Assembly: GCA_016933255.1 (NCBI GenBank)
Contig: JAFGBF010000005.1
Coordinates: 27,750 to 91,749 of the forward strand
Direction: 5' to 3'
Origin: Candidatus Krumholzibacteriota bacterium
Lineage (GTDB): Bacteria > Krumholzibacteriota > Krumholzibacteriia > Krumholzibacteriales > Krumholzibacteriaceae
Length of the DNA stretch: 64,000 nucleotides
The notes under the pieces were generated by a model, which made no database searches, was not told where the DNA came from, and saw only the letters and a program-made list of their open reading frames with translations. The position numbers were made by a program, and so were the translations under genes. Shown one piece after another: positions 9,332 through 19,479 of this stretch (positions within the stretch are counted from its first letter, which is position 1; each line of letters opens with the position of its first letter).

Positions 9332-10381
9332 TCAACCTATCAAAGGCTTGTAGATCTCCATCTTTTTCTTGGCCTCCGAGAAACTGTTATCCTTTTCGTA
9401 GGCCATCTTGAAATGTTCATACGCCTTCTTGTATTCGTAATTATCCATATATTTCAGGCCGAGCGAGTAGAGCCTCGCCGCGCTCATATCTTCGGTGGCC
9501 GACTCGCTTATCGCAGCCTTGGTCTCATCCGTTATCATGATGTCGAGCTGGCCGGCGATCTTTTTGACGAGTTCCTTTTCCATATCTACGAAATTCGGTT
9601 TTCCTTCCATGTCGGCAGTGCTGATTATCTCGGAGGTCTCTACATCGACGACCCTCACGACCATCCGCGCGCTATCTTTTTCGAGCTGCGTGATTGAACC
9701 GAAGACCATAAGCTGGGCCCCGAGCATCTTTCCGACCCTGACCGCTGATGCCTGGTCGACCTTGCCCTCTTCGACAAGTTTAAGTTCCTGCAGGATATAA
9801 TCAAGCTTGTCCCTTTCGACGACCTTGATATCAGAGAATCGCGAGAAATCGTATTCGAAGAAATCGGCGAGCCCTTTGCTCAGGTCCCCGAGTTCTTCCT
9901 TGTATTTTCCGATCGAGAAATTGTCGAATTCCATTATCGCTATCGTTTTAACATCCGGCTTTGAATCGTCGGGGCAGACCAGCAGGTTTTTTTCATTGCA
10001 GAGCTTGTACCACTGGTCTCTCAGCTCGGTCGGCCAGAGTTCACGGGGAAGGTTGATCAGGCAGTGGCCTATTCCTGATATCTCCTGGAGGTATTCGAAC
10101 GATTCAAGTTTGTATTTGTATCCCTTAGCGTATGTTATGATGCTTTTAACTTCATAGATCGCGATAGTGTCGTTGGCGGTGAGACCGCTCTGGGCGAGCA
10201 GGTCGTCGGTGATCTTGAGTCCCGCGTCGAATTCACCGTCAAGATAAAGGTCTACCGCTTTTGCCAGCTTGCCGGAAAGTTCCACTCCGGTAGGAGGCGA
10301 AAACGAGTACGACTGCGCGAAGATGATCGAAACGATCGACAAGACCATGACCGAGACAGAAAGCAGATGTTTCCTGTTCAT
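9332..10381 (-). CDS. Secreted CsgG/HfaB(TolB-N-like) domain protein with TPR
   Basis: Signal peptide; TIAIMEFDN...VVERDKLDYILQELK...AVRVGKMLGAQLMVFGS; C-terminal TPR YSLGLKYMD...AYEKDNSFSEA. Confidence 0.75.
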   Translation of the reverse strand: MNRKHLLSVSVMVLSIVSIIFAQSYSFSPPTGVELSGKLAKAVDLYLDGEFDAGLKITDDLLAQSGLTANDTIAIYEVKSIITYAKGYKYKLESFEYLQEISGIGHCLINLPRELWPTELRDQWYKLCNEKNLLVCPDDSKPDVKTIAIMEFDNFSIGKYKEELGDLSKGLADFFEYDFSRFSDIKVVERDKLDYILQELKLVEEGKVDQASAVRVGKMLGAQLMVFGSITQLEKDSARMVVRVVDVETSEIISTADMEGKPNFVDMEKELVKKIAGQLDIMITDETKAAISESATEDMSAARLYSLGLKYMDNYEYKKAYEHFKMAYEKDNSFSEAKKKMEIYKPLIG

Positions 10382-10439
10382 CGAGGGTACCCCCTGGTTT
10401 TAAGTTTCGGTGTTACAAGACAATTCTAGCCTATTTTTA

Positions 10440-11921
<1,482 letters not shown>

Positions 11922-11988
11922 GGTAACCGGTCCCTGGTTTGGAACTCCAACGCATGAGCCCTGAAAAGCCCGCATTTCCTTGCGGAAA

Positions 11989-12017
11989 AAGGTACTTGAA
12001 GGATGTGATTTAGTCAA
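11989..12017 (-). promoter_or_regulatory. Sigma70-type promoter for kinase operon
   Basis: Minus strand TTGACT-N17-TACCTT. Confidence 0.5.
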
Positions 12018-12051
12018 CCGGTAAAGTGTGGGGAGTTGCCGGATTTCCCCT

Positions 12052-12080
12052 TTTACAGGACTTGCGTATTGGCCTATTAT
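12052..12080 (+). promoter_or_regulatory. Sigma70-type promoter for DDAH
   Basis: TTTACA-N17-TATTAT. Confidence 0.6.
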
Positions 12081-12131
12081 GGTACAGTCGGTGTTGGTAG
12101 CGTACCGAATGAAAAAAAAGGAATTTCTATT

Positions 12132-12893
12132 ATCTTTTCAAATGCGATCGTCCGGAGACCCGGAAGAAGTATGAGCAGGGGATTGACCAGTGCGGATCTG
12201 GGAACCCCCGATTATCAAAAAACGCTGGTTCAACATGAAGCCTATGTCCGCGCTCTGGAAGACTGCGGACTGCATGTCGATGTGCTTGAGGCAGATGAAA
12301 ATTTTCCCGATTCGACATTTGTCGAAGATACAGCATTATTGACCCCGCATTGCGCGATCATAACCAATCCGGGAGCGTTGTCCCGGAGGGGTGAGATCTT
12401 CGCAATTAAGAAGGTGGTCAGTGAGTATTTTTCTGATATTGAAGAGATACAGGGACCCGGAACGGTCGAAGCAGGGGATATTATGATGGTCGGCGATCAT
12501 TATTATATCGGTGTTTCTGAGAGGACTGACAGGGATGGAGCAGAACAGGTAATAAATATTTTAAATAAATATGGAATGACCGGATCATTAATACGGCTGG
12601 AGAAAGTACTCCATTTAAAAACAGGCCTGGCCTATCTGGAAAATAACAATCTGGCGGTTTGCGGGGAATTTTTATCGAATCCTGAATTTAAGAAGTTCAA
12701 TATCATAGAGATCTCCGAAAATGAAAGTTATGCGGCAAATTGTCTATGGATAAACGGCAGGGTGCTGATTCCAGAAGGGTATCCGGATACAAAGCGGAAG
12801 ATCATGGATGCCGGATACACGATAGTGGAAGTCGATGTATCCGAATTCCGCAAACTGGACGGCGGGCTGAGCTGCCTCTCTTTGAGATTTTAG
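12132..12893 (+). CDS. ddaH: N(G),N(G)-dimethylarginine dimethylaminohydrolase (start codon uncertain)
   Basis: FSNAIVRRPGRSMSRGLTSADLGTPDY...FPDSTFVED...HLKTG...DGGLSCLSLRF closely follows Pseudomonas DDAH; no in-frame ATG before the conserved N-terminus. Confidence 0.88.
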   Translation: MFSNAIVRRPGRSMSRGLTSADLGTPDYQKTLVQHEAYVRALEDCGLHVDVLEADENFPDSTFVEDTALLTPHCAIITNPGALSRRGEIFAIKKVVSEYFSDIEEIQGPGTVEAGDIMMVGDHYYIGVSERTDRDGAEQVINILNKYGMTGSLIRLEKVLHLKTGLAYLENNNLAVCGEFLSNPEFKKFNIIEISENESYAANCLWINGRVLIPEGYPDTKRKIMDAGYTIVEVDVSEFRKLDGGLSCLSLRF

Positions 12894-12990
12894 GCTTGTT
12901 CGGTATTATTCCCTGAGAGGATCGCGTTTATAGATCCGCATACTTCAGCGGCAACCGGCAACATATCGCCCCTTTGATCCGTACCTTCTC

Positions 12991-13019
12991 AAAAGCTCCC
13001 GAAGCGGGAACTTTTTTTT
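12991..13019 (+). terminator. Intrinsic terminator after DDAH
   Basis: AAAAGCTCCCG-AAG-CGGGAACTTTT followed by T-run. Confidence 0.7.
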
Positions 13020-13113
13020 CGGAAACGTTTATAAATTGTCTGAAGAGAGCCGGAGGACTGCTAGTTTGATCAATCTATCGGCTTTAAAAATTAGAGAGTT
13101 ACAGATGTTTGCC

Positions 13114-13142
13114 TTGAAAAGATGAGCTTTTTCCATTAGATT
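13114..13142 (+). promoter_or_regulatory. Sigma70-type promoter for moxR/bat operon
   Basis: TTGAAA-N17-TAGATT. Confidence 0.55.
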
Positions 13143-13254
13143 CTGCAGCGTCCGGCGCTGGCCGGCAGAATCTGAAAAAATCATCAAGGTCTGGGCAGAT
13201 CATAATCGGATAATCATTGAGGACCCTTTGGTATCAGAACAGGAGCTGATGTAA

Positions 13255-14244
13255 ATGTCTATTGATGTCAAGAAGATCGGCGACAAGGTAGAGAAGGAAA
13301 GCGCCGTTCTCGACCAGGTGAGGGCTGAAGTCCGCAAGGTGATAATTGGACAGGAGTACATGATCGAACGACTTCTTGTCGGGCTTCTCTGCAACAATCA
13401 TGTTTTGATCGAGGGAGTCCCCGGCCTGGCCAAGACTCTGGCCGTCACGACTCTTTCGAAGACGATCAGGGCATCTTTCCAGCGGATACAGTTCACCCCC
13501 GATCTTTTGCCTGCCGACCTGATCGGGACGCTGATATATAACCCGCGTTCAGGAGAGTTCACCACGAAGAAGGGCCCGCTTTTTGCCAACATCATCCTCG
13601 CCGACGAGGTAAACAGGGCGCCCGCGAAGGTCCAGAGCGCTCTTCTCGAGGCGATGCAGGAGCGGCAGGTCACGATCGGTGAAGAGACCCACTCCCTCGA
13701 TGACCCCTTCATGGTCCTCGCCACGCAGAACCCGATCGAACAGGAAGGGACATACCCTCTTCCGGAAGCCCAGATCGACAGGTTCATGCTGAAGATCGTA
13801 GTTACATATCCATCGAAGGATGAAGAGAAAAAGATCCTTCAGAAGATGGCTTCCAGCAGCCCTGATCTTGATGTCACTCCCGTCATTGAGGCTTCCGATA
13901 TTCACCGCCTGAGAAACCTCACAGATGAGATCTATATGGATGAAAAGGTGGAAGATTACATCATCGATATAGTCCAGGCGACGAGGGAACCGAAGGCGTA
14001 CGGGCTCGATGTAGCCGATCTGATCCAGTACGGGGCATCCCCGAGGGCGACTATATTCCTCGCGATGGCTTCCAGGGCCCACGCGCTCCTTCAGGGCCGG
14101 GGGTATGTCACTCCCCAGGATGTAAAATCGATCGGGATGGATGTCCTGAGGCACAGGGTGATAATCACCTATGAAGCTGAAGCGGAAGAGAAGAGCCCAG
14201 AAGATGTCGTGACGGCGATATTCAATAATATAGCGGTGCCTTGA
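13255..14244 (+). CDS. moxR: MoxR family AAA+ ATPase
   Basis: GVPGLAKT Walker A; RIQFTPDLLPADL; LADEVNRAPAKVQSALLEAMQE; GASPRA. Confidence 0.95.
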   Translation: MSIDVKKIGDKVEKESAVLDQVRAEVRKVIIGQEYMIERLLVGLLCNNHVLIEGVPGLAKTLAVTTLSKTIRASFQRIQFTPDLLPADLIGTLIYNPRSGEFTTKKGPLFANIILADEVNRAPAKVQSALLEAMQERQVTIGEETHSLDDPFMVLATQNPIEQEGTYPLPEAQIDRFMLKIVVTYPSKDEEKKILQKMASSSPDLDVTPVIEASDIHRLRNLTDEIYMDEKVEDYIIDIVQATREPKAYGLDVADLIQYGASPRATIFLAMASRAHALLQGRGYVTPQDVKSIGMDVLRHRVIITYEAEAEEKSPEDVVTAIFNNIAVP

Positions 14245-14356
14245 TCGATGATCGATCCTGGAAGATCCGGCAGCTGTCCGGCTGGCGGTTTTCAGAGGGA
14301 CAGGCTTTTATGCAGGAATAAATATTACTGATAATTGGACCAGAGGCAGATTTATC

Positions 14357-15232
14357 ATGATCCCCGCAGAACTTACAAAAAAGATACGCATACTTCAGAT
14401 CACGACCAGGAAAGTGATCAATGATGTCCTCGCGGGCGAGTACGGAAGCGTCTTCCGCGGCCGCGGCATGGAATTCGATGAGGTCAGAGAATATATGCCC
14501 GGCGACGAGATCCGGTCTATAGACTGGAATGTGACTGCCCGCACGGGGGTCCCGTTCGTCAAACGGTATGTAGAGGAAAGAGAACTGACGGTGATCTTTC
14601 TTGTCGATCTTTCCGCATCAGGCACTTTCGGGAGCGTCGATAAACTAAAGAACGAGGTAGCCGCCGAGTTCTGTTCCCTTCTCGCCTTTTCAGCCGTAAA
14701 GAACAACGACAAGGTCGGGCTGATAGTCTTCACCGATCAGGTGGAGATGTTCATACCTCCCAAAAAAGGGACCCAGCATGTCCTGAGGGTGATCAGGGAA
14801 CTCCTCGACTTTGCGCCAAGGAAGGCCAAAACGGATATCGTCGGGGCGCTCGATTATCTCGGCAAGGTCACGAAGAAGCGCGCCGTGGTATTTCTCGTTT
14901 CCGATTTTCAGGCGGAAGGGTTCGAGAGGTCGATGAGGGTGATCGGCAAACGCCATGACCTTGTCGCCGTGACGGTCGTCGATCCAAGGGAGATAAGGCT
15001 TCCCGATGTAGGCCTTCTGGAGCTTGAAGATGCCGAAACGGGGGAGATCGTCGTGATCGACACATCCAGCGCCGCTGTCAGGAAGAGATACGAAAGGCTC
15101 GGGAGGGAGCAGTCCGACCAGTTCAGGGATCTTTTCGCTTCGATGGGCGTCGATCAGATAGAGATACAGACAGACAAGGACTATATCCCCAACCTTGTAA
15201 AATTCTTCAGATCAAGAGAAAGAAGGTACTAG
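14357..15232 (+). CDS. DUF58 domain protein
   Basis: FRGRGMEFDEVREYMPGDEIRSIDWNVTAR; follows MoxR. Confidence 0.93.
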   Translation: MIPAELTKKIRILQITTRKVINDVLAGEYGSVFRGRGMEFDEVREYMPGDEIRSIDWNVTARTGVPFVKRYVEERELTVIFLVDLSASGTFGSVDKLKNEVAAEFCSLLAFSAVKNNDKVGLIVFTDQVEMFIPPKKGTQHVLRVIRELLDFAPRKAKTDIVGALDYLGKVTKKRAVVFLVSDFQAEGFERSMRVIGKRHDLVAVTVVDPREIRLPDVGLLELEDAETGEIVVIDTSSAAVRKRYERLGREQSDQFRDLFASMGVDQIEIQTDKDYIPNLVKFFRSRERRY

Positions 15233-15237
15233 AGAAA

Positions 15238-16293
15238 ATGCCTGACGATCTTAAACTGAGTTTAAAGAGGGAAGAACCGCAGCGTTCTTCGCCGATGAGG
15301 CTCGTCAATCTGCTGCTTATCATCACTGTCGTCCTGGTAGCAATGAACCTTATGATGCGTATCGGCGGGTGGCAGATGGATAGGCGGGGCAGTTCCGGGA
15401 TGTCGGCCGGCCTTCTGGAAGAACACGCGCTGAAGCTCGAGAAACAGCAGCTCTACAGCGCCGCAGCGAGGGCATGGACAGAGTATCTCGAACTTGAAAG
15501 TCCCGGGAGCCGGGAGCAGGCGGGTATCTGGTTCAGGATCGGAAAGCTATATCAGGATGCGGGAGATTTCGAGCGCGCCCTGGATGCCTATTACAGAAGC
15601 GAGGCGATAGCCGAAGTGAAGGAGATCGAGTCGGCGATATCGCTGAGGGTCTCAGAATGTCTCGAAAGGCTCGGCCGGTTTGCCGCTCTTCGCGGTGAAC
15701 TCGAGAGCAGGACAGCCGTAGATCCAGAAAGCGCCGGCTCGGATGAGATCGTCGCCGAGATAGGAAGCTGGAAGATCAGCAGGTCAAGCCTCGAGACGAT
15801 GATAGAAGCGGAGATCGATGCACAGCTCGGGCAGGCGGCGGGAAGGCTCTCTCCCGATGAGATAAGAAAGCAGAAGGAGAAGCTTCTGGGCAGTGTCCTG
15901 AAAGAAGGAGAGCTCGGCAAATGGCTCGACAGGTTTATCGCTGAAGAGCTTGTATACCGGCTCGCGATGGAAGAGAGGCTCTATGAGAGCGCCGAGTACC
16001 GGAAGATGATAAGGGATATCGAGAAGAAGCTGATAGTCCAGAAACGGCTTCAGCAGGAGTACGCGGAGCTTATTACAGTCACCGATGAAGAGCTAAGGGA
16101 CTGGTACGAGAAGAATAAAGAGAGATTTTCAGAGGATGGAAATATCAAAAGTTTCGAAGAATCAGCAGAGCAGGTATATGCCGCGGTCCATCTCGAGAAG
16201 GAGATGCAGGTGCAATCTCAGCTGATCGGGGAACTGATCGATAAATACGACGTAGTGATACATAGCTCAAGTTTGGAAAAAGGCGGGGAGTAG
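15238..16293 (+). CDS. Membrane-anchored TPR + SurA/PrsA-like chaperone domain protein lacking parvulin domain
   Basis: N-terminal TM; TPR (IWFRIGKLYQDAGDFERALDAY); DEIVAEIG...FIAEELVYRLAMEERL...VTDEELRDWYEKNKERF...KSFEE...KYDVVI. Confidence 0.65.
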   Translation: MPDDLKLSLKREEPQRSSPMRLVNLLLIITVVLVAMNLMMRIGGWQMDRRGSSGMSAGLLEEHALKLEKQQLYSAAARAWTEYLELESPGSREQAGIWFRIGKLYQDAGDFERALDAYYRSEAIAEVKEIESAISLRVSECLERLGRFAALRGELESRTAVDPESAGSDEIVAEIGSWKISRSSLETMIEAEIDAQLGQAAGRLSPDEIRKQKEKLLGSVLKEGELGKWLDRFIAEELVYRLAMEERLYESAEYRKMIRDIEKKLIVQKRLQQEYAELITVTDEELRDWYEKNKERFSEDGNIKSFEESAEQVYAAVHLEKEMQVQSQLIGELIDKYDVVIHSSSLEKGGE

Positions 16294-16302
16294 GCCGCCT
16301 CG

Positions 16303-17322
16303 ATGATGAAAAAGATTTTCAGCAGAATAAGCTTCCAGTCGGCCTCTCTGGCGATATTGACCGTCTCCGTCCTCTTTGCCTCTTCCTGCGGTGATGATGG
16401 GGGGGAAAAGAGCAGCGGAGAGTCCTGGGAGATCGACGAAAAATATTCGCGCGGGCCTGTCGATATGAGGGTCGCTCTGAGCAAAAAGGAGCTTACGATC
16501 GCGGATCACCTCTCCCTTCTGATCGAGGCCAGGGCAAAGGAAGGCTATATCGCCGATCTTCCGAAATTCGGGGAGAAGCTCGATCAGTTCGGTATAGTCG
16601 ATTACAGTTCCCCATCTTCGATTCTGGAAGATGACGGCACAGTCGTCACAAGCAGGATATATGAACTTGAACCTTTTCTCTCGGGCAGCTACAGGATACC
16701 TCCGATGACAGTTACCTTCAGGCAGGAAGGTGATTCTCTGATCCATAATGTCGAATCGGACACTCTTGTCGTCGAAGTCCTTTCCCTTCTCCCGGAGGAC
16801 CAGGCCGAACTAGAGCTCAAAGGTATCGCCGATCCTGTCTCGATCCCGGCGAGCCGCAAATGGATCTTTATTCTCGGCGGGGCTCTTGCCGCAGCGGCCG
16901 CGGCAGCCTGGATCGTCCTGTCTTTAAGAAGAAAGAAAGAGATCGCGGTCAGAGTGATCCCGGCGCATGAGATAGCGTTCGAAAGGCTGGAAAGGCTTCT
17001 TGCCGAGGGCCTTATAGATGAGAAACGGTATGTTGAGTTCACTGAAAGGGTCTCTGATATCCTCAGGCACTATATTGAGGACCGTTTCGGTCTGAGGGCC
17101 CCTGAAAGGACGACAGAGGAGTTTATTATCGAAGCAGGAGCGGGGCTTCCGGTCGAACATGAAAGAAAGAATATGCTGAAAGAGTTCATGCTCCACTGCG
17201 ACCTGGTGAAATTCGCAGCCCACGAACCGACCGGAGATGAAGTAAAGAGGACATTCGATACGTGCCGGGATTTTATCGACGCAACGAAAAAGGAAGAGGA
17301 GGTTGAAGGAGAAGCGGCATAG
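16303..17322 (+). CDS. Bat-operon membrane protein (BatD-like N-domain, DUF4381-like C-region)
   Basis: Lipobox-like ASSC; YELEPFLSGSYRIPP; TM then PAHEIAFERL...LRHYIEDRFG...ERTTEEF, typical of the gene between DUF58 and batA. Confidence 0.7.
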   Translation: MMKKIFSRISFQSASLAILTVSVLFASSCGDDGGEKSSGESWEIDEKYSRGPVDMRVALSKKELTIADHLSLLIEARAKEGYIADLPKFGEKLDQFGIVDYSSPSSILEDDGTVVTSRIYELEPFLSGSYRIPPMTVTFRQEGDSLIHNVESDTLVVEVLSLLPEDQAELELKGIADPVSIPASRKWIFILGGALAAAAAAAWIVLSLRRKKEIAVRVIPAHEIAFERLERLLAEGLIDEKRYVEFTERVSDILRHYIEDRFGLRAPERTTEEFIIEAGAGLPVEHERKNMLKEFMLHCDLVKFAAHEPTGDEVKRTFDTCRDFIDATKKEEEVEGEAA

Positions 17323-17340
17323 AAAGCTTCCCCTGCGGGT

Positions 17341-18405
17341 ATGATACGTTTTGCATCGCCATACGCATTTTTTCTCCTTCTCCTTATACCTGCCGTCCTG
17401 CTGGTTCTTCACAGGCGCGACCGGGGCGGCAGTATCAGGTTCTCGTCTCTTGCCAATGTCCGCGGGGCAGGAAGGTCGCTCAGGCACAGGCTGGTCTGGC
17501 TTCCCCTCGTGCTGAGGATCCTCCTCTCGATACTTGTAGTGATGGCCCTGGCCCGTCCGCAGCTTGGCCGGGAAAAGGTCAAGGATGTCACGAAAGGGAT
17601 CGCCATTGAGATGGTGATAGACAAGTCGGGAAGCATGGGCGCCGAGATGGAGTACAGGGGCCGCAAGTTCGACAGGCTCGAAGTGGTCAAAAAGGTCTTC
17701 GAGGAGTTCATCAGAGGGAACCAGGAATCTCTCGGCGGGCGCCCGAACGACCTTGTCGGGATGATAGCTTTCGCGAGATACGCCGACACGATGGCTCCCC
17801 TGACGCTCGGGCATGGAGCGCTCCTGAGGTTTCTCGAAACAGTCCATATAGTCAAGCGGCGCAGCGAGGATGGAACAGCGATAGGGGACGCGGTCGCGCT
17901 TGCCGCCGCGAGGCTCAGGACAGCCGAAGAAGATATAGCGAAATTCGCTTCTGAAACAGGCGACAGGGAATATGAGATAAAGAGCAAGATCATCATCCTT
18001 CTTACCGACGGGCAGAACAACTCCGGGCTGAGGGCTCCGGCCGAGGCGGCGAAGCTTGCCGCCGACTGGGGTATCAAGATATACACGATAGGCGTCGGGG
18101 GGGATCAGGGCGTGAATACGATAAACACCCTTTTCGGCAATTTCAAGGTCCCGACAGCCAACAGGGTAGATACGAGGCCGCTCGAGGCGATAGCCGAAAT
18201 GACAGGGGGAGTCTTCCGCCTGGCCGAAGATGACAAGTCGCTCAGGGAGATCTATGAAGAGATAGACCGGCTGGAAAAGAGCGAGATCGAGTCGGTAAGA
18301 TACGTCGATTACAGGGAACTCTTTGTTTCCTTCACGATTGTTGCCCTTATTCTTCTGGTACTCGAAGTTTTGGCGGCAAACCTGATCTTCAGGAGGATAC
18401 CGTAG
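17341..18405 (+). CDS. batA: vWA domain protein BatA
   Basis: FASPYAFFLL; LARPQ; MIDAS DKSGSM; GTAIGDA; LLTDGQNNSG; IYEEIDRLEK. Confidence 0.88.
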   Translation: MIRFASPYAFFLLLLIPAVLLVLHRRDRGGSIRFSSLANVRGAGRSLRHRLVWLPLVLRILLSILVVMALARPQLGREKVKDVTKGIAIEMVIDKSGSMGAEMEYRGRKFDRLEVVKKVFEEFIRGNQESLGGRPNDLVGMIAFARYADTMAPLTLGHGALLRFLETVHIVKRRSEDGTAIGDAVALAAARLRTAEEDIAKFASETGDREYEIKSKIIILLTDGQNNSGLRAPAEAAKLAADWGIKIYTIGVGGDQGVNTINTLFGNFKVPTANRVDTRPLEAIAEMTGGVFRLAEDDKSLREIYEEIDRLEKSEIESVRYVDYRELFVSFTIVALILLVLEVLAANLIFRRIP

Positions 18406-18468
18406 AATGGAAGAGTCCGGGTATAGAATGCTTGAAAAATATTATTCGAAAGGACAGGCCGGGTAGTC

Positions 18469-19479
18469 ATGCACTTCGGTAATATCAAGATACTGCTTCT
18501 GCTGTGGATCATACCTGTCCTGGGTGCCGTTTATGCGTGGGCTGCATACCGCAGGGCAAAGGCTCTGAGAGTCTTTATCGAGGCGGGCCTGCTCGACCGG
18601 ATCTCGATGTCGGTCAATCTTGCCGGGAGGAGGCTGAAGGCTGCGCTCGTTCTCGGAGCCGTGGCGTTTATTATAGTCGCTCTTGCCAGGCCGGCCTGGA
18701 ACCCCAAACCGAGGACGGTCGAGAGGCGCGGAAGAGATATCATCTTTGTCCTTGATGTCTCGAAAAGCATGATAGCCGAGGATCTTGCTCCGAACAGGCT
18801 CGAAAGGGCAAAGTATGCAATTGCTGATATGATAACGCGCCTCGAGGGAGACAGGGTCGGCCTCGTAGTATTCGCAGGTACAGCTGCTCTGAAATGCCCA
18901 CTGACCCTTGATTACGGTTTTTTCAGCCTTATGCTTGACGATATCGATATCAACAGTATCGCGCGGGGCGGTACAATGATCGGGGATGCAGTGAGGAAGG
19001 TGCTTGACGAGGGGTTCGACGACCAGGAGAAAAAATACAAGGATATGATCCTGATAACCGACGGGGAGGATCACGATTCGTTTCCCGTAGAGGCTGCCGA
19101 AGAGGCAGGCCGGCGGGGCATAAGAATTATCGCTATCGGCCTTGGAGACGAGACGCAGGGCCGGCGGATACCTGTTACCGATGAGCACGGCAACAAGACT
19201 TTTATGAAGTATAAGGGGCAGGAGGTATGGAGCAGGCTCGATGCCGCCACCTTGCGCAAGATGGCCAATACGACCCCCGGAGGAAAGTACCTTAATGTGG
19301 CGACCGGCGATATCGATCTCGGCGACGTTTATATGAAGCTGATCGCCGGTGAAGAAAAAAGGGAGATCGAATCTCTGACAGTAAAACTGTATGAGGAGAA
19401 ATTCCAGATATTCCTCTCGATCGCATTTTTGATGCTGATCATAGAGATGCTCGTTTCAGAGAGGAGGAGGAAGGCGTGA
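18469..19479 (+). CDS. batB: vWA domain protein BatB
   Basis: LDVSKSMIAEDLAPNRLERAK; GDRVGLVVFAG; PLTLDY; ITDGEDH. Confidence 0.88.
   Translation: MHFGNIKILLLLWIIPVLGAVYAWAAYRRAKALRVFIEAGLLDRISMSVNLAGRRLKAALVLGAVAFIIVALARPAWNPKPRTVERRGRDIIFVLDVSKSMIAEDLAPNRLERAKYAIADMITRLEGDRVGLVVFAGTAALKCPLTLDYGFFSLMLDDIDINSIARGGTMIGDAVRKVLDEGFDDQEKKYKDMILITDGEDHDSFPVEAAEEAGRRGIRIIAIGLGDETQGRRIPVTDEHGNKTFMKYKGQEVWSRLDAATLRKMANTTPGGKYLNVATGDIDLGDVYMKLIAGEEKREIESLTVKLYEEKFQIFLSIAFLMLIIEMLVSERRRKA

Noticed and set aside
7952-10381. Curli secretion system (CsgG)
   Set aside because: No csgA/B/E/F; the CsgG-like domains are fused to TPRs and appear to lack the long pore hairpins, so they are the soluble TolB-N-like type.
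11922-12017. ORF-track N-terminal extensions (kinase 12017, pepC 23359, GT 29898, subunit H 40009, activase 50860, LVIVD 60420, phosphatase 60545, LOG 63104)
   Set aside because: They overlap promoters or upstream genes; downstream starts have an RBS and match family N-termini.
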